From Octopus sinensis (Eukaryota), in NCBI RefSeq assembly GCF_006345805.1, contig NC_043011.1:41800464-41864463 (forward strand): 64,000 bases of DNA. Reading direction: 5' to 3'. The position numbers and the translations under genes were made by a program. Within the stretch, counting starts at the first letter, position 1. Every line of letters starts with the position of its first letter. This document shows, one piece after another, positions 61,360 through 64,000 of this stretch. The notes beneath the pieces were generated by a model. That model was not told where the DNA came from. It searched no databases and saw nothing but the letters and a program-made list of their open reading frames with translations.

Positions 61360-61709
61360 AAAACTTTTCTTTTAATTTTTCTAAATTTAATTATTTTCTA
61401 TCTTGACTTTTTTTTCCATATATATATATATTATGGAAAAAAAAGTCATTGATTTTTTTGCTGCTTTTTAATAAAGTGGTGTGTGTGTGTGTGGTGTGTA
61501 TATATAATATATATATATGGTAATGCTGCACGACGAGTAGAAAAGCACATGATCAGCTAAGAGAGTAAACCACAAAACGTTTTGCTTTCAGTTTTATAGA
61601 TGGCAGAATAAATTAGTATTTCAACTAGGAAACCCTGTGTAGCTATTGCAAGATTTGTGATTTTTAATGTAAGATCGTGTGTGTGTGTATGTCTGTATGT
61701 ATATATATA

Positions 61710-61762
<53 letters not shown>

Positions 61763-61900
61763 AAAACTTTTCTTTTAATTTTTCTAAATTTAATTATTTT
61801 CTATCTTGACTTTTTTTTCCATATATATATATATATGGAAAAAAAAGTCATTGATATTTTTGCTGCTTTTTAATAAAGTGTGTGTGTGTGTGTGGTGTGT
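61121..61900. repeat. Direct tandem duplication, period about 398 bp
   Basis: GGTAATGCTGCA..GAGTAGAAAAGCACATG starts at 61121 and 61519. Confidence 0.9.
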
Positions 61901-62330
61901 ATTATATATATATATATCTATATATATATATATTATATATATATATATATATTACACACACACATTTATTAAAAAGCAGCAAAAATATCACAACTGCTAC
62001 TCAAAGTTTTATTTTCCCGTTTGTCGGACAATTTTGTTTAGATTCTAAACAAAACTGTCCGATGACATTTTTGCTGCTTTTTAATAAAGCATATTATTCT
62101 ACCTCTGGTATTCAAGAACTATTTTTTCCACCTTGTTTCGCATTTATGTGCTTACTCTGGAATATATATATATATACACATATGTATGTATGTATTATAT
62201 ATTTGTATATGTACTCATACATATGTATGTATGTATAATCACGAAGAATTAAACAGTTGCCCATGGGGTCGGTCATTAGCAATTGGTTGTCCGTCATATT
62301 CACGTTGCCCATTTTGTTCTGTTTCCACAG

Positions 62331-62497
62331 CAGCATCGCCGTAATCATACACAGGTTCAACGTTCTCGAAGTGTAATGGATGTCCAGGCAGAAAACCAAT
62401 ATTCGAGTCGTCGCTCCAGAAGTCCTCACAACCCACCTCACCATTCGTCGTCCTTCGACTTAGCAGACAGTGACTACTCTGGGCATGAAAAGTCAAG
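62331..62497 (+). CDS. MCF2L: Probable linker exon of the DBS-like gene (phase 0 to 2)
   Basis: ttttgttctgtttccacag| acceptor, AAG|gtaggt donor. CpG-rich, coding-like sequence encoding QHRRNHTQVQRSRSVMDVQAENQYSSRRSRSPHNPPHHSSSFDLADSDYSGHEKS(R). Assignment rests on phase and position, not on recognised homology. Confidence 0.7.
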
Positions 62498-62539
62498 GTA
62501 GGTAACTCTGATTGCCTTATTGAGAGAGCACAGGGGTGG

Positions 62540-63240
62540 GGTGAGGGGAGCAGGGGATTGTTACATGAGGCATTGTGGGAATGAGTGGATGGATGGATGG
62601 ATGGATAGATGGGCCGATGGATGGACGGACAAACGAAAGGACAGACGGAGGGATGGATGGGTGGGCAGATGGATTTGGACGGACGATTGGACAGATGGAT
62701 TGGTGGATTGATGGATAGGTAGGTAGAGTGATGGGTGGATGGATGGATGAGTGGATGGATGGATGGGCGGATGGGTGGACGGACAAACGAAAGGACAGAC
62801 GGACGGATGGATGGGTGGGCATGTGGATGGATGGATGGGTGGGTGGGTGGACAGACGAACGTTCAGATGGATGGATGGATTGGTGGATTGATGGATAGGT
62901 GGGTAGAGTGATGGGTGGATGGATGGATGAATGGATGGGTGGATGGATAGGTGGGTGGATGGGTGGGTGGGTGATTAGATGAGTGAATGAATGACTGGAA
63001 CAGATGGATGAAATGAATGAAGAGATGGATGGGAGGGTGGGTGGATGGAGAAAAGAAGAGAGGGATGAATGAATAAGAGAATGATGGACGGATGGCAGAA
63101 ATGAATAAATCAGTGAATGACTGAATTGATGGCTGAAGGAAATGAGTGAATGAGTGAATGAATGAAGGAAGGAATGAATGAAATGAATTGATGGATGAGA
63201 GAATGAATGAGTGAATGAATAAGCAAATGGAATGAAATCA
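62540..63240. repeat. (GGAT)n/(GAAT)n purine-rich tetranucleotide tract
   Basis: Directly visible; internal duplications of GGACGGACAAACGAAAGGACAGACGG and GATTGGTGGATTGATGGATAGGT. Confidence 0.95.
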
Positions 63241-64000
63241 ATGGTCAATAATGTTTATTGAACAGTAAAATCTGTTTGAAATTTGAAAGGCTGGACACAA
63301 ATGGCGGGAGGAAGACCCAAGAAATTACAGCTCAACAATGTGCAATACATAACATCTGAGCCTGGTAAGGTTGATTCCTCTTGGGGACAAAACGTATTGG
63401 AATATAGAAAGACCCCTAAATGATTTGAGAAGAACCAGACAGTGAGGGCTATAGCATTTAAGGTATTCTTTATTAATAGGTTTGATCCCTGTTATTTTGC
63501 GTCCTGGCATGGATTGGATGGTTGGACAAGGTCCAACTAGTTCCATCTGTGATCATACAAGAGATCGCTAGGAGTATGTTATCTAGTGAACCTCTTTCTC
63601 TACTTCAAGACAGTAAGATGTGATTTTGAGGAGGATTTGGCTGCTCTTTCTTGCAGGGTTCATGACCACATACATGCTTCTGGGGGTTACAGTGTTTTCT
63701 GAAGATATCATTATCATACAACCACACACACACACATCCATACAAACATACATGTATACAAATTTATACATGCATAGAGCCATATCTACCCCTCATGCTG
63801 ATACACACAATGCTCCAGTATGGCCAACATTTACATTAAGTTGAATTATCTAAATAACTGTAGAAATATTTGTCTGTGTGTGTATGTGTATGAGTGTGTG
63901 TGTGTGTGTTTGTGTGTTTGTTTGTGTGTATTGAGAAAGAGAGAGAGGTTTTAATTTGGCAGAAGTTACATAGTGATTAAGGGCCAAAAGTTTCACATAT

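Noticed and set aside
62517-63248. 243-aa His/Pro/Ser-rich minus-strand ORF
   Set aside because: Translation of (ATCC)n/(ATTC)n repeats.
63657-63705. tcttgcag acceptor after the 62331 exon
   Set aside because: In phase 2 it reads RVHDHIHASGGYSVF* and does not resemble a DH-domain start.

Overview
Eukaryotic, AT-rich and repeat-dense genomic DNA, most probably a coleoid cephalopod (Octopus sp.), judged from the SINE repertoire (recognition, not a database search). The window lies entirely inside one + strand multi-exon gene, a DBS/MCF2L-family Rho GEF. Five exons (3025-3139, 6635-6757, 8560-8751, 10495-10686, 15222 onward) splice in frame and encode the spectrin-repeat region. A 21-nt candidate microexon (32674-32694) and a linker exon (62331-62497) follow across about 47 kb of intron. 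The SEC14 and DH-PH domains lie outside the window. Introns hold CR1-type, RTE-type and R4/Dong-type LINE fragments, at least six SINE families, mariner, Tigger-like and piggyBac-like DNA elements (often nested), foldback elements embedded in (TA)n, and many microsatellites. Nearly all ORFs in the supplied track are microsatellite or repeat artefacts. The most notable observations are a tRNA-headed SINE carrying a degenerate minimal hammerhead ribozyme, the microexon with eMIC/Rbfox-type motifs, a set of TA-embedded palindromic elements, and several nested insertions. The 58.5-62 kb segment shows signs of uncorrected long-read error.
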